A stretch of 58,316 nucleotides of DNA, filler included, from Fonticula-like sp. SCN 57-25 (GCA_001724245.1; 7 parts of 7 records of this genome joined end to end with filler, not necessarily neighbours in it), one strand, 5' to 3'. Shown: positions 1 through 12,458, counted from the whole stretch's first letter. The notes: generated from the sequence alone by a model not told the origin. A program made the numbers and translations.

Positions 1-1602
1 GAAGCGCTCGCGCTCGAGCAGCCACGAAATGTGGTCGTCGAGATCGCGCGGCCTCGCAATGACAATGTCCTTGGGGCTCACCACGTAAAAGAGATTCTCA
101 GCGCCCATGTGCTCTAAAATGCCCGATTAGAACAGTTGAATTATATAAAGAAATATGCGCACCGAGACGGTATTGCCGGGCAGTGTACTTGTCAAAGTCG
201 TGCAAACTCAAGACATCGCTAGAGACCTCCTGGCCGTCAAACGTGACGATTCGGATTTCGGGGCGTTGGGCGACCTGCACAGCACGGTTAGTGGTGCAGA
301 AATGGCAATGGCTGGTGCATACCCGCACAGCCTTGTTCTTGGTGCTTTCATTCTGCACAGTCTCCTCAATGTGCGCCATGATGACGATGTAGTCATTGAA
401 GGGGCAGATTCCAGAGATGCTATAGTCGGTTTGGAAATTCTTGATGATCTCGACGTACTTTGACAAGAGGCCGTCCTTGGCGTCTGGCCGTGTCTATCAA
501 ATAATGAGTACAACAGGCAGATATTAGCGCAAATGTACCTTGACGTGCGCAATTTTGACACTGTCCGCCCACCCGACCAAGAGAACGTTGTCGTTCTTCC
601 AGCAGAGGCAGCAGTAGTAGAGATCCGGCCGCGGCGAACCCTTCGGGCGCTCAATGTACGTGATGCGCTGGTTCAACTGGGTGTCATAAATTTTGACGCC
701 GTTGTCATTGGCCCACGCGATCAGCTGGCCGCGCCACTGAATAGACGTGACTGGCCCCTCGCCGCCGTGCAAAACAGTCTCCTTGCTGCTAAACCAACCT
801 GAGGAATCACAATTAGCCACCATAATCCCTAGTGGTATGAAGTCAAAGCGTGCGCACCTTTCTCGTTCATGATGAGCTGACCGGCGAGGCCGCCCGTCAC
901 AAACTGCTTGCTGTTCTTGCGGCCGTACTCGGGATCCAAGCTGACCGCTTTTACCGGGCGCTTGTAAACGAATGTCTGCGAGTCGGACGTGTACAGCGAG
1001 TTGATGACAACCTTGCCTGTAACACGCATTTAGAGATACTGTTTTATGACCAGCCCTGGAGAAACGCACCATCATCGGCGCAACTAGCAAGGTATTCTCC
1101 TGCCAAGTCGATGCTGATGCAGTTCACGGCGCCCGCATGAGACGGGAACCGCCGAATCTCGTTACCAGCAAAGTCAAGAACGTGGACCATGCCAAAACCG
1201 GTACCAAGAGCCTAGACCAGCGCATTTCAGTAAGAACTGCGTGCACACTTGCCGCCTGCGTACGAGGAACTTGTCGTGCACATTCAGGCACATCGCAGCG
1301 TCCTTCTTGAGCGTCTCGATAACGGCGTTACCCAGACGCTGGTATTTGAGCTTTGGCTCTTCCTCGGCTACAAGAGCAAAGTTTCGTCAGCGCTGCAACC
1401 TCTCGCTCAAGCGAGAACCCGTACAGTCGCTGTCATCCTCGCCGTCCTCGCCATCGCCCTCCTCGTCGCTGTACACCTCGTCACCGTCGTCAAAATCTTC
1501 GTCGTCGTGATCACCGTCGACATCACCGTCATACTCCTCACCAAGCGGCTCGTCGTCGTCGTCCACTGGTACTGGCGGATCTCCGTCCGGCTTCTGTGCC
1601 AT
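1..1602 (-). CDS. VPS41: Vacuolar protein sorting 41 (HOPS subunit), multi-exon, 3' part missing at window edge
   Basis: Acidic N-terminus followed by EPKLKYQRL, WD40 repeats (GKVVINSLYT, LHGGEGPVTSIQWRGQLIAWANDNGVKIYD, LCWKNDNVLLVGWAD) and QRPEIRI..SSDVLS..YRL, all typical of Vps41. ATG at 1602, short GT-AG introns. Confidence 0.9.
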
Positions 1603-1695
1603 TGTTGCCAATCTACCGCTCGCCGCCGGATACAAGCACAAACAGCAAAGGGATGGTAAGCCTGACGGAAAACTTTACCGCGCAACGGACGCCTA

Positions 1696-1720
1696 TGATT
1701 GGTCGAAAATCGTGACGTCA
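1696..1720. promoter_or_regulatory. CCAAT box (TGATTGG) plus CRE palindrome (TGACGTCA) in the 213-bp VPS41/PRP8 bidirectional promoter
   Basis: TGATTGG at 1696-1702 and TGACGTCA at 1713-1720, between divergent ATGs at 1602 and 1816. Confidence 0.5.
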
Positions 1721-1815
1721 AATTAGACTCTTTACCTCCCTCTTTCTTTCGCGTGGGTGTCAGCGGAGCCTGCAGGGCGCGCGGACTCTTTCACGTCGAA
1801 GGGGGTTTGTCCGCC

Positions 1816-4800
1816 ATGGATACTACGGCGGGACAGCCTCCTCTTTCTCAGTCCAAGTTGGACGAGAAGGCAAAGAAATGGTACGCGGGAAGGGAAAATG
1901 CCGAATGCGCATTTCGCTGTTTTTGCGCGCGCGAAACCTGGAGCTAACGGTGCGGCGCAATTTATAGGCAGCAGCTGAACAACAAGCGCTATGGTGAGAA
2001 GCGCCGCTTCGGCTATGTGGATATTCAGAAGGAGGAGATGCCCGCGGAGCATGTCCGCAAGATTGTCAAGGACCATGGCGACATGAGCAGCAAAAAGTTT
2101 CGCAATGACAAGCGCGTGTATTTGGGTGCCCTCAAGTACGTGCCGCACGCTGTCCTCAAGCTGTTGGAGAACATGCCGATGCCCTGGGAGCAGGTGCGCG
2201 AGGTCAAGGTTCTCTACCACGTCACTGGTGCCATCACCTTTGTCAACGAGACCCCGTGGGTGATTGAGCCCGTCTTTGTTGCGCAGTGGGGCACGATGTG
2301 GATCATGATGCGCCGCGAAAAGCGTGACCGTCGCGTACGCTCTCCTTCTTTTCTCGCCCAGTGTGCTTACTGTGCTTTTCTCTTTTGCTTTGCGCTTTGT
2401 AGCACTTTAAGCGTATGCGTTTCCCGCCGTTTGATGACGAGGAGCCGCCGCTCGACTATGGAGACAACGTTCTCGACGTGGAGCCGCTTGATGCCATCCA
2501 GATGGACTTTGATGAGGTATGAGGAGGGCGCCTGGTATCTTTTTTGCTTACGCGAATGCTTTAGACCGAGGATGCGGCTGTGTTTGAGTGGTTTTACGAC
2601 AACAAGCCGCTCTTGAACACGCCTCACGTGAACGGCAAGTCGTACCGCCGGTGGAACCTCAACTTGCCCATCATGTCAGCGTTGTACCGCTTGGCCAACC
2701 AGCTGCTGTCGGACATTGTCGACAAGAACTACTTTTACTTGTTTGACAAGCCCAGCTTCTTTACTGCCAAGTCGCTGAACATGGCCATTCCCGGTGGCCC
2801 CAAGTTTGAGCCCCTCTTCCGCGACACGGACATTACGGAATCCGACTGGAACGAGTTCAATGACATCAACAAGATCATCATTCGCTCGCAGATTCGCACA
2901 GAGTACCGCATCGCGTTCCCGTACCTGTACAACGATCGCCCGCGCGCGGTGCACCTGTCGCCGTACCACTACCCGTCGGTCGTGTACATCAAGGCTGAGG
3001 ATCCCGACCTTCCGGCGTACTACTACGACCCGCTCATCAACCCGATCTCGTTCCGTCATATCGACAAGGCGAACGCGCACGAGAGCGAGATTTTCGCCGA
3101 TGATGTCGAGTTTGCTCTGCCCGAGGAGTTTGAGCCCTTCCTCGCCGACGAGCCGCTCTTCACTGAGCGCACCGCGGCCGGTATCGCTCTGCTCTGGGCG
3201 CCTCATCCCTTTGACAAGCGCTCGGGCAACATGCGCCGTGCCGAGGACGTGCCGCTTATTAACAACTGGTACCTTGAGCACTGTCCCCCTGGCCAGCCTG
3301 TCAAGGTTCGCGTGTCGTACCAGAAGCTGCTCAAGACGTACGTCCTGAACGCGCTCCATCACCGCCCGCCCAAGTCGATGAACAAGCGCTACCTCTTCCG
3401 CCAGTTCAAGTCCACCAAGTTCTTCCAGATGACCACGCTGGACTGGGTCGAGGCCGGTTTGCAGGTCTGCCGTCAGGGTTACAACATGCTCAACCTCCTC
3501 ATTCACCGCAAGAACCTGAACTACCTGCATCTCGACTACAACTTTAACCTGAAGCCCGTCAAGACGCTCACGACCAAGGAGCGTAAGCGCTCGCGCTTTG
3601 GTAATGCGTTCCATCTTCAGCGTGAAATTCTGCGTCTCACCAAGCTTATCGTGGACTCGCATGTTCAATACCGCCTCGGTAACGTGGACGCGTTCCAGCT
3701 CGCGGATGGCCTTCAGTACATGTTCAACCATGTGGGTCAGCTCACCGGTATGTACCGCTACAAGTACCGCCTCATGCGTCAGATTCGCGCTTGCAAGGAT
3801 TTGAAGCACGTGATTTACTACCGCTTCAACACTGGTCCTGTTGGTAAGGGCCCCGGTGTCGGCTTCTGGGCGCCGAGCTGGCGCGTCTGGCTGTTCTTCC
3901 TGCGCGGTGTCGTGCCGCTGCTCGAGCGCTGGCTTGGAAACTTGCTTGCCCGTCACTTTGAGGGCCGCGCGTCCAAGCTTACCGCCAAGACGGTCACCAA
4001 GCAGCGCGTGGAATCGCACTTTGATCTCGAGCTGCGTGCCACGGTCATGCACGACATTCTCGATATGATGCCCGAGGGTATCAAGACGAACAAGGCGCGC
4101 ACGATCCTCCAGCACTTGAGTGAGGCGTGGCGCTGCTGGAAGGCCAACATTCCGTGGAAGGTGCCTGGCCTTCCCGTCCCCGTCGAGAACATGATTCTCC
4201 GGTATGTCAAGGCCAAGGCCGACTGGTGGACGTCTGCCGCTCACTTTAACCGCGAGCGTATCCGCCGCGGTGCTACCGTCGACAAGACGGTCAGCCGTAA
4301 GAACCTTGGGCGTCTCACTCGCCTTTGGCTCAAGGCTGAGCAGGAGCGCCAGCACAACTACCTCAAGGACGGTCCGTACATCACGCCCGAGCAGGCCGTT
4401 GTCCTCTACACCACACTGGTGCATTGGCTCGAGAGGCGCAAGTTCTCGGCCATTCCGTTCCCGCCTCTGTCGTACAAGCACGACACCAAGCTTCTGCTGC
4501 TCGCCCTCGAGCGCCTCCGCGAGTCGTACTCTGTGAAGGCTCGCTTGAACCAGTCGCAGCGTGAGGAGCTCGGTCTCATCGAGCAGGCGTACGACAACCC
4601 GCACGAGGCCCTCACCCGCATCAAGCGCCACATGCTCTCGCAGCGCTCGTTCAAGGAGGTCGGCATTGAGTTTATGGATCTGTACTCTCACCTCATCCCG
4701 GTTCACGATATCGAGCCGATTGAGAAGATTACCGACGCGTACCTCGACCAGTACCTCTGGTATGAGGCAGACAAGCGTGGCCTTTTCCCGAACTGGGTCA

Positions 4801-7800
4801 AGCCTGCCGACACTGAGCCGCCGCCGCTTCTCGTGTACAAGACGTGCCAGAACCTGAACAACCTGCAGAATGTTTGGGACACCGCCGACGGCCAGTGCTC
4901 GGTCATGCTTGAGAGCAAGCTGGACAAGGTGTATGAGAAGATCGACTTGGTCTTGCTCAACCGTCTGCTCCGCCTCATCGTCGATCACAACATTGCCGAT
5001 TACATGACGGGAAAGAACAACGTTACCGTCACGTTCAAGGACATGAACCACGTCAACACCTACGGTATCATTCGTGGCCTTCAGTTCTCCTCGTTCATCT
5101 TCCAGTACTATGGCCTTATGCTGGATCTGCTCGTGCTCGGCCTCAACCGCGCCGACGAGCTTGCCGGCCCGCCTGAGCGCCCGCTTGACTTTGGCCAGTT
5201 CCGCGACCCCGCCATCGAGACGAGCCACCCCATCCGCATGTACATTCGCTACGTGGATAAGGTTCACATCTTCTTCAACTTTTCGCAGGACGAATCGCGC
5301 GAGCTCATTCAGCGCTACCTCACGGAGAACCCCGATCCCAACAACGAGAACATTATTGGCTACAACAACAAGAAGTGCTGGCCGCGCGACTGCCGCATGC
5401 GCCTCATGAAGCACGATGTCAACCTCGGCCGCGCCGTGTTCTGGGACATTAAGAACCGCCTGCCTCGCTCGCTCACCACGCTCGAGTGGGAGGACAGCTT
5501 CGTGTCCGTCTACAGCCGCGACAACCCGAACCTGCTCTTTAGCATGTGCGGCTTTGACATCCGCATCCTGCCCAAGCAGCGCACGCTCACGGAAGAGTTT
5601 ACGCTCCGCGAGGGTGTGTGGAACCTGGTCAACGAGGCGACCAAGGAGCGCACTGCTCAGGCGTACCTCCGTGTCGATGAGGAGAGCCAGCTCAAGTTCC
5701 ACAACCGCATCCGCGGCATTCTTATGTCGTCGGGCTCTGCGACGTTCACCAAGATCATCAACAAGTTCAACACTGCCCTGATCAGCTTGATGACGTACTA
5801 CCGCGAGGCCGTCGTCCATACGCAGGAGCTGCTCGACCTCTTGGTCAAGTGCGAGAACAAGCTCCAGACGCGCATCAAGATTGGTCTCAACTCAAAGATG
5901 CCCTCCCGCTTCCCCCCTGTGGTGTTCTACTGCCCCAAGGAGCTTGGTGGCCTGGGTATGCTTTCCATGGGTCACGTGTTGATTCCCCAGTCGGACCTCC
6001 GCTGGTCGTCGCAGACGGATTCGGGCATCACCCACTTCCGCTCCGGTATGAGCCACGACGAGGACACTGTCATCCCGACGCTCTACCGCTACATTCAGCC
6101 GTGGGAGAGCGAGTTTATCGACTCGCAGCGCGTGTGGGCCGAGTATGCGCTCAAGCGTCAGGAGGCCAACGCCCAGAACCGCCGCCTCACGCTCGAGGAT
6201 CTTGAGGACTCGTGGGACCGCGGTATTCCCCGTGTCTCGACGCTCTTTGTCAAGGACCGCCACACGCTCGCTTACGATAAGGGATGGCGCGTGCGCATCG
6301 ACTTTAAGCAGTACCAGGTTCTGCGCGTGAATCCGTTCTGGTGGACGCACCAGAAGCACGACGGTAAGCTGTGGAACTTGAACAATTACCGCACGGATAT
6401 GATTCAGGCGCTTGGTGGCGTGGAAGGCATTCTCGAGCACACTCTGTTCAAGGGAACGTACTTCCCGACCTGGGAGGGTCTTTTCTGGGAGAAGTCCTCT
6501 GGCTTCGAAGAGTCCATGAAGTTCAAGAAGCTGACCAACGCTCAGCGTTCGGGTCTTAATCAGATTCCCAACCGTCGCTTCACCCTCTGGTGGTCGCCAA
6601 CCATCAACCGTGCCAACGTCTACGTCGGTTTCCAGGTGCAGCTCGATCTTACGGGTATCTTCATGCACGGCAAGATCCCGACCCTCAAGATTTCGCTGAT
6701 TCAGATCTTCCGCGCTCACTTGTGGCAAAAGATCCACGAGAACCTTGTGATGGATTTGTGCCAGGTGTACGATCAGGAGCTCGATGCTCTCGAGGTCGAG
6801 ACCGTTCAGCGTGAGACCATTCACCCGCGCAAGTCGTACAAGATGAACAGCTCGTGTGCGGATATCCTCATGTTTGCCGCGTACAAGTGGAACGCGTCCA
6901 AGCCGTCGCTTCTCAATGACACGCACGACACGTACGATGCGGCCACGACGCAAAAGTACTGGGTGGACGTTCAGCTCCGCTGGGGTGACTTTGACTCGCA
7001 CGATATCGAGCGCTACACTCGTGCCAAGTTCCTCGACTACACCACCGCGAGCATGTCGATCTACCCCGGCCCGACCGGTGTCATGGTCGGCGTCGATCTT
7101 GCGTACTCGCTCTACTCGGCGTATGGTAACTGGATCCCCGGCATGAAGGCGCTCATGCAGCAGGCGATGGCCAAGATCATGAAGGCCAACCCTGCCATGT
7201 ACGTGCTTCGCGAGCGCATCCGCAAGGCGCTGCAGCTCTACTCGTCCGAGCCCACCGAGCCCTACCTTTCGTCGCAGAACTACTCTGAGCTCTTTAGCAA
7301 CCAGATCATTTGGTTCGTCGATGACACCAACGTGTACCGTGTGACCATCCACAAGACCTTTGAGGGCAACTTGACGTGCTTCCCGGCCGACGACCACGAG
7401 ATCATGACCGAGTTTGGCTTCTGGACGCTCGAGCGCGTGCTTGATCACTTTGAGACCCAGCCGACGCTCCGCATCGGATGCTACGTCGATGGCGTCCTCG
7501 AGTACCACGCCATCACGCGCAAGGATGTCACGATCAGCACGCGCATGCACGACCTTGTCGAGATGCAGAACATGTCCGCCAATGGTGTCTCGGTGGTGCC
7601 CACCTCCAACCACCGCATGTACATGAGCGTGGGTCCCGCGGCCGCGTGGACCGCCGACCAGCAGCCCGAGTTCAAGATTCATACGGCCGGCTCCGTGCTG
7701 GAGCAGGGTCAGGCAGATGCTTCGGTCGAGGCGCAGTTCATTGCCCGCTTCCCGCAGGGTGCCTCGGTNNNNNNNNNNNNNNNNNNNNNNNNNNNNNTTC

Positions 7801-10116
7801 CTCGAGCTGTACGGCTCGTGGCTCCGCAACGGCTGGCTCGACATGGACGCCAAGACGGTTGCCTTTGGCGCCGCCGATGGTGCCCAGGACGCGCGCCTCG
7901 ACGCGCTGTTCGGTCGCCTCGGCCATGCGCTGACCGGTGACAAGGCTGTGCCGACGCTCACCAAGTCGTCGCAGCTCGTCTACACTGTGGCCAAGCCCGA
8001 GTGGTTCATGTACTTTAGCAGCGAGTGCTCTGAGAAGAGCGCTGTGTCTGAAGAGTCGAACGATGAGAATGTGGTTCCTGAGCAGCTTTCGTCCAAGAAC
8101 CGTCGCGTCGCTACGTACCTGTCGAACTGGATGCTCGAGCGTGTCAGCGCCCGCCGCCTTCAGCTCATTGCGCGCGGCCTTAGCGTCGAGTCTACCGAGG
8201 ATGCTGGCACAGTTGCTGTTTCCTCTGCTCGCCTCCGCGATGATATTCAGCGTCTCCTCTTGCACGCTGGCTATTCGGCGCACTTTACGAGCAGCCGCCC
8301 GTCGCAGTGGAACCTTTACTACTCGACGTCCGCTTCGGATGCGACCCCCAAGCTCTCTGTGCAGGCCGACTGCAAGCCCCTGCGCCGCGACTGCACGGTC
8401 TGGTGCGTGACGGTACCGACGGCCGAGCAGCTGATCATGGTTCGCCGCGTGACGGACAAGACCGCGACTGGCGTTGTCACGGCTGCTTCTCGCCCGGTGG
8501 TTGTCGGCAACACCAAGCCGATCAACGGCGCGATTTTCATCTTCAACCCGCGCACGGGACAGCTGTTCCTCAAGATCATTCACACCTCTGTGTGGGCCGG
8601 TCAGAAGCGTCTCGGTCAGCTCGCCAAGTGGAAGACCGCCGAAGAAACCGCTGCGCTCATTCGCTCGCTGCCCGTTGAGGAGCAGCCCAAGCAGATCATT
8701 GTGACGCGCAAGGGTATGCTTGACCCCCTCGAGGTGCACTGCCTCGACTTCCCCAACATTGTCATCAAGGGTTCGGAGCTGCAGCTTCCGTTCCAGGCGT
8801 GCCTCAAGGTTGAAAAGTTTGGTGATCTTATCCTCAAGGCCACTGAGCCGCAGATGCTCTTGTTCAACCTCTACGACGACTGGCTCAAGACGACGTCGGC
8901 GTACACTGCGTTCTCGCGTCTCATCCTGATCCTGCGTGCGCTCCACGTCAACAATGAAAAGACCAAGGCGATCCTCCGCCCCGACAAGAACACGATCACC
9001 GAGGCGCACCACATCTGGCCGCGCCTTTCGGACGAGCAGTGGATGGCTGTCGAGTTGGCGCTCAAGGACCTCATTCTCTCCGACTATGCCAAGAAGAGTA
9101 ACGTGAACGTGGCTGCCCTGACGCAGTCTGAGGTTCGCGACATTATTCTCGGTATGGAGATTTCGGCGCCCTCGCAGCAGCGCCAGCAGATTGCCGAGAT
9201 TGAAAAGCAGGCTCGCGAGCAGCAGCTGACGGCCGTGACGACCAAGTCGACCAACATTCACGGTGACGAGATGCTCATCACGACCACGTCCAACTATGAG
9301 TCGCAGTCGTTTGCGTCCAAGACCGAGTGGCGCGTGCGTGCCATCTCGTCGACCAACCTGCACCTGCGCACGAACCACATTTACGTCTCGTCGGACGACA
9401 TCAAGGAGACCGGCTACACGTACGTGATGCCCAAGAACATCCTGAAGCGCTTTATTGTGATTTCGGATCTTCGGACGCAGATTGCCGCGTACATGTATGG
9501 TGTGTCGCCGCCGGACAACCCGCAGGTGAAGGAGATCCGCTGCCTTGTGATGGTGCCGCAGTGGGGCAACCACCAGATGGTGCACCTGCCGACGCAGCTG
9601 CCCGAGCACGAGTACCTCGACGACCTTGAGCCGCTCGGCTGGATCCACACGCAGCCCAATGAGAACCCGCAGCTGAACCCGCAGGACGTGTCCATGCACG
9701 CGCGCATCCTCACCGAGAACCAGTCGTGGGACCTGGAAAAGGCCATCATCATCACGTCCTCGTTCACGCCCGGGTCGTGCTCGCTCACGGCCTACAAGCT
9801 CACGCCGTCGGGCGTCGAGTGGGGCCGCGCCAACAAGGACGGCGCGGTCAACCCGCAGGGGTACCTCCCGACGCACTATGAAAAGGTGCAGATGCTGCTC
9901 TCGGACCGCTTCCTGGGCTTTTTCATGACGCCAGAGGAGAACTCGTGGAACTACAACTTTAATGGCGTCAAGCACTCGCCGGGCATGAAGTACTCGCTCA
10001 AGATCGACACGCCAAAGGAGTTTTACCACGAGATGCACCGCACCTCGCACTATGTCAACTTTACGACGCTCGAGGACACGGGAGCGGAGATGGACCGCGA
10101 GGACCTGTTCGATTAG
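1816..10116 (+). CDS. PRP8: Pre-mRNA splicing factor Prp8 precursor containing an intein. Exons 1816-1880, 1968-2334, 2403-2516, 2565-10116; assembly gap at 7769-7797.
   Basis: Highly conserved Prp8 sequence throughout ([81 protein letters not shown]-terminal MPN GWIHTQP). Three introns (1881-1967, 2335-2402, 2517-2564) restore the frame. Confidence 0.99.
7377..8511 (+). mobile_element. Class 1 intein (about 380 aa) with a degenerate LAGLIDADG homing-endonuclease domain, inserted in the Prp8 RNase H-like domain
   Basis: Conserved FEGNLT-TKPING is split by an insert starting with Cys ([15 protein letters not shown], block A), with PTSNHRMY (block B TxxH), VWCVTVP (block F) and an end at SRPVVVGN before extein Thr+1. 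Internal [12 protein letters not shown] and [18 protein letters not shown] resemble endonuclease blocks C and H. Confidence 0.96.
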
Positions 10117-10156
10117 ACAATGACTTTGAGGACCTGTTCGATTAGACAATGACTTT
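10099..10156 (+). repeat. Perfect 29-bp tandem duplication spanning the PRP8 stop codon
   Basis: gaggacctgttcgattagacaatgacttt at 10099-10127 and again at 10128-10156. Confidence 0.95.
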
Positions 10157-10600
10157 TCGGATACATTTACCAAAACGCGTTGCGCAGCGGCGAGTATAAA
10201 AAAAGAGTGTATGATGGGAATGCTGTTTGTTGCTAGCTTTTATTCTTTTTCCGCTTTTTTATCTCTTTTTTGGTCCCAATATAAGGATACATATAAACAT
10301 TTGCTTTCACTGCAATGATCACTGAACTTAATGAACCCAATAAGGTCACAAAAGTGGTAGGAAAATGTTGTGTATTGCGAACATACATGTCTACGTGTCA
10401 CGTTGTTCAAACGTCAAGGAAATAGAAAGGAACCGGTGGGCAACAGAGCGACAAATTCAAAATAGAACCGATTGAAAAGAGTAAGAAAGAAACAAACTAG
10501 NNNNNNNNNNNNNNNNNNNNNNNNNNNNNNNNNNNNNNNNNNNNTTAATTAATTAANNNNNNNNNNNNNNNNNNNNNNNNNNNNNNNNNNNNNNNNNNNN

Positions 10601-12458
10601 GGCCTGAGGATCGCCTCGGGGATCGACGGCGGGTTCATCTGCTTGGTCGTCACGTCAAAGTAGCGCAGCACGCTTGCGACGAGAATCTTTTCCTCAATCT
10701 GCGCAAACTTTTGCCCGATGCAGTTGCGCGGCCCCGCCGAGAAGGGGATGTACGAGTACGGATGACGGCGGATGTCGCCCTCCCAGCGGTCGGGGTCAAA
10801 CTTTTCCGCGTCGGGCCAGAATTCGGGGTGCGAGTGCAGCGCCAAAATCGGGATGACGACGGGAAGACCCTTGGGCAGCGTCACACCGTCAACATCAAGG
10901 TCCTCGGTCAGCTCCTGTGTCATTTATTAGTCGCCTGGCAAAGAAATGGGCGCTGCGTACGCGGCCGATGAAGGGGACTGACGGGTAAACGCGCAGCGAC
11001 TCCTTGAGAACGCGGTCAAGGTACTTTAGCTTGGCCAGGTCGTCGGGCGTCGGGTGCTCGCCGGGCTGCAGCGACGCGTACATGTCGTCCACTTCCTCCT
11101 GCGCGCGGCGCTGCACGTCGGGGTACTTGGCAAGCAGGTGGCACGTCCACGCAATCGAAGCCGACGTCGTATCTGAAATAATTAAAGTAGATTAGCAAAA
11201 GAAAATAATCAGAATTTGCTGCTGTTGCTGCTGCTGCTGCTGCAATGAAAACGCACCGTGGCCCTCAAACATGAAGGTGTCGACTTCCTCCTGGATGGCA
11301 TCGTTGTCGAGGCCGACGCCGTTGTCGTCGACCGAGTTGAGCAAGACGTCCAGGAAGGCCTGGCGACGCGGGCGGCCGTCGGTGCCGGTGGCCGTAGCCG
11401 CCGCGTCGCCCACCTGCGAGTGCCACGCGCGGCGCTTCTCAATCACGTGCTGGGAGAAATCTATCGAAAAAATAGGAAACAAAAGAAGACGATAAGTCGC
11501 TCAGCGTCCAAATTGAGTTGTAAGCGGACCTTTGGAAATTTTGCTGCTTTTCCTGAAAAGCCTTCCCTGAGGCGATAGATAAAAGATAAAGTCGTTCATG
11601 AGGAGCGGGCTCTGCGAGCGGTCAAAGACGATCTTGCTGAGGTCGTAGACGGCGCGCACGTAAGGGTGCTCCTTGCCGTCGCGCTGGGCTGGGCACGCAG
11701 CGTCAGCTACACTTGCCATCCACGTGGGCACGTACCATCAATCTTTGCCCCCATGGCGGTCTCGTTGATGATGTCGAGCGCGCACAGCGTGATGGGCTCA
11801 AAGATATCAAATGGCTTGCCCTCGCGGCTCTTCTGGCGCAGCACGTCCACAAAAACGTCCGTCTGCTCCTGCATGACGTCCACAAACGACTTGAGGATGT
11901 CGCTGTGGAAGCTCGGCGTGATCAGGTGGCGGCGCGACTTCCACTTGGCGCCGTAAGACAGCAGAAGGCCGTCGCCCAGCCAGGCAACAAGGTGCGAGTA
12001 AATGAACGGGTTCTTGACGGCGTGCTTGGACGAGTCTGCGCGGCAGGAAGGGGTCAGCAGGGTCAGCAAATCAAGAGTCTCGCGCACGGAGAAGGGACTG
12101 GATCACGTCGGGATGCCACACGGTCGCGGCTCCGTAGGGGCCGACGTAAAAGGCGGTCACCTTATGGGGGACCATGTCATCGCGATGCTGAAGGAACTTT
12201 GCGACGGTCTCGCGACGGTCGCCCGCCATGATATAAGTGTGACCAACAAGAAACTTGCGGGGCGCCTCAGCGAGCTTGGCGAGCGCAGGGTAGCGCTGTG
12301 GGAACGTCAGGGGCACGTCAGCGACAGGATTCCCGCAATGGGCGAGATCGCACCTTACTGTTAGACCAGTACAGGTAAACGACAAACGTAACAATGCCGA
12401 TAGTGGCTAGCAGGAGAGCATAGCCCGCCTTGGCCGCCAAAGAGCTTTCTTCCTCCAT
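10601..12458 (-). CDS. Cytochrome P450, CYP4 clan, multi-exon, last few codons cut off by contig end
   Basis: N-terminal TM (ALLLATIGIVTFVVYLYW), WLGDGLLLSYGAKWKSRRHLITPSFH, I-helix EEVDTFMFEGHDTT, K-helix KESLR, FDPDRW and heme motif PFSAGPRNCIGQKFA. Confidence 0.93.
11217..11244 (-). repeat. Intronic (CAG)n microsatellite
   Basis: About 9 CAG/CAA units on the minus strand inside the intron that splits EGH/DTT. Confidence 0.8.

Noticed and set aside
7769-7797. Apparent frameshift or split in PRP8 within the intein
   Set aside because: The frame change coincides with a run of Ns of estimated length; no evidence for a split intein or pseudogene.
2676-10173. Very long antisense ORFs opposite PRP8 (1047, 690 and 811 aa) and similar ones opposite other genes
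   Set aside because: Shadow ORFs caused by strong GC3 codon bias; no recognisable motifs.
10501-10600. N-flanked TTAATTAATTAA motif, repeated six times in the window
   Set aside because: Artificial contig linker with stops in all six frames; not biological, and adjacency across it is meaningless.
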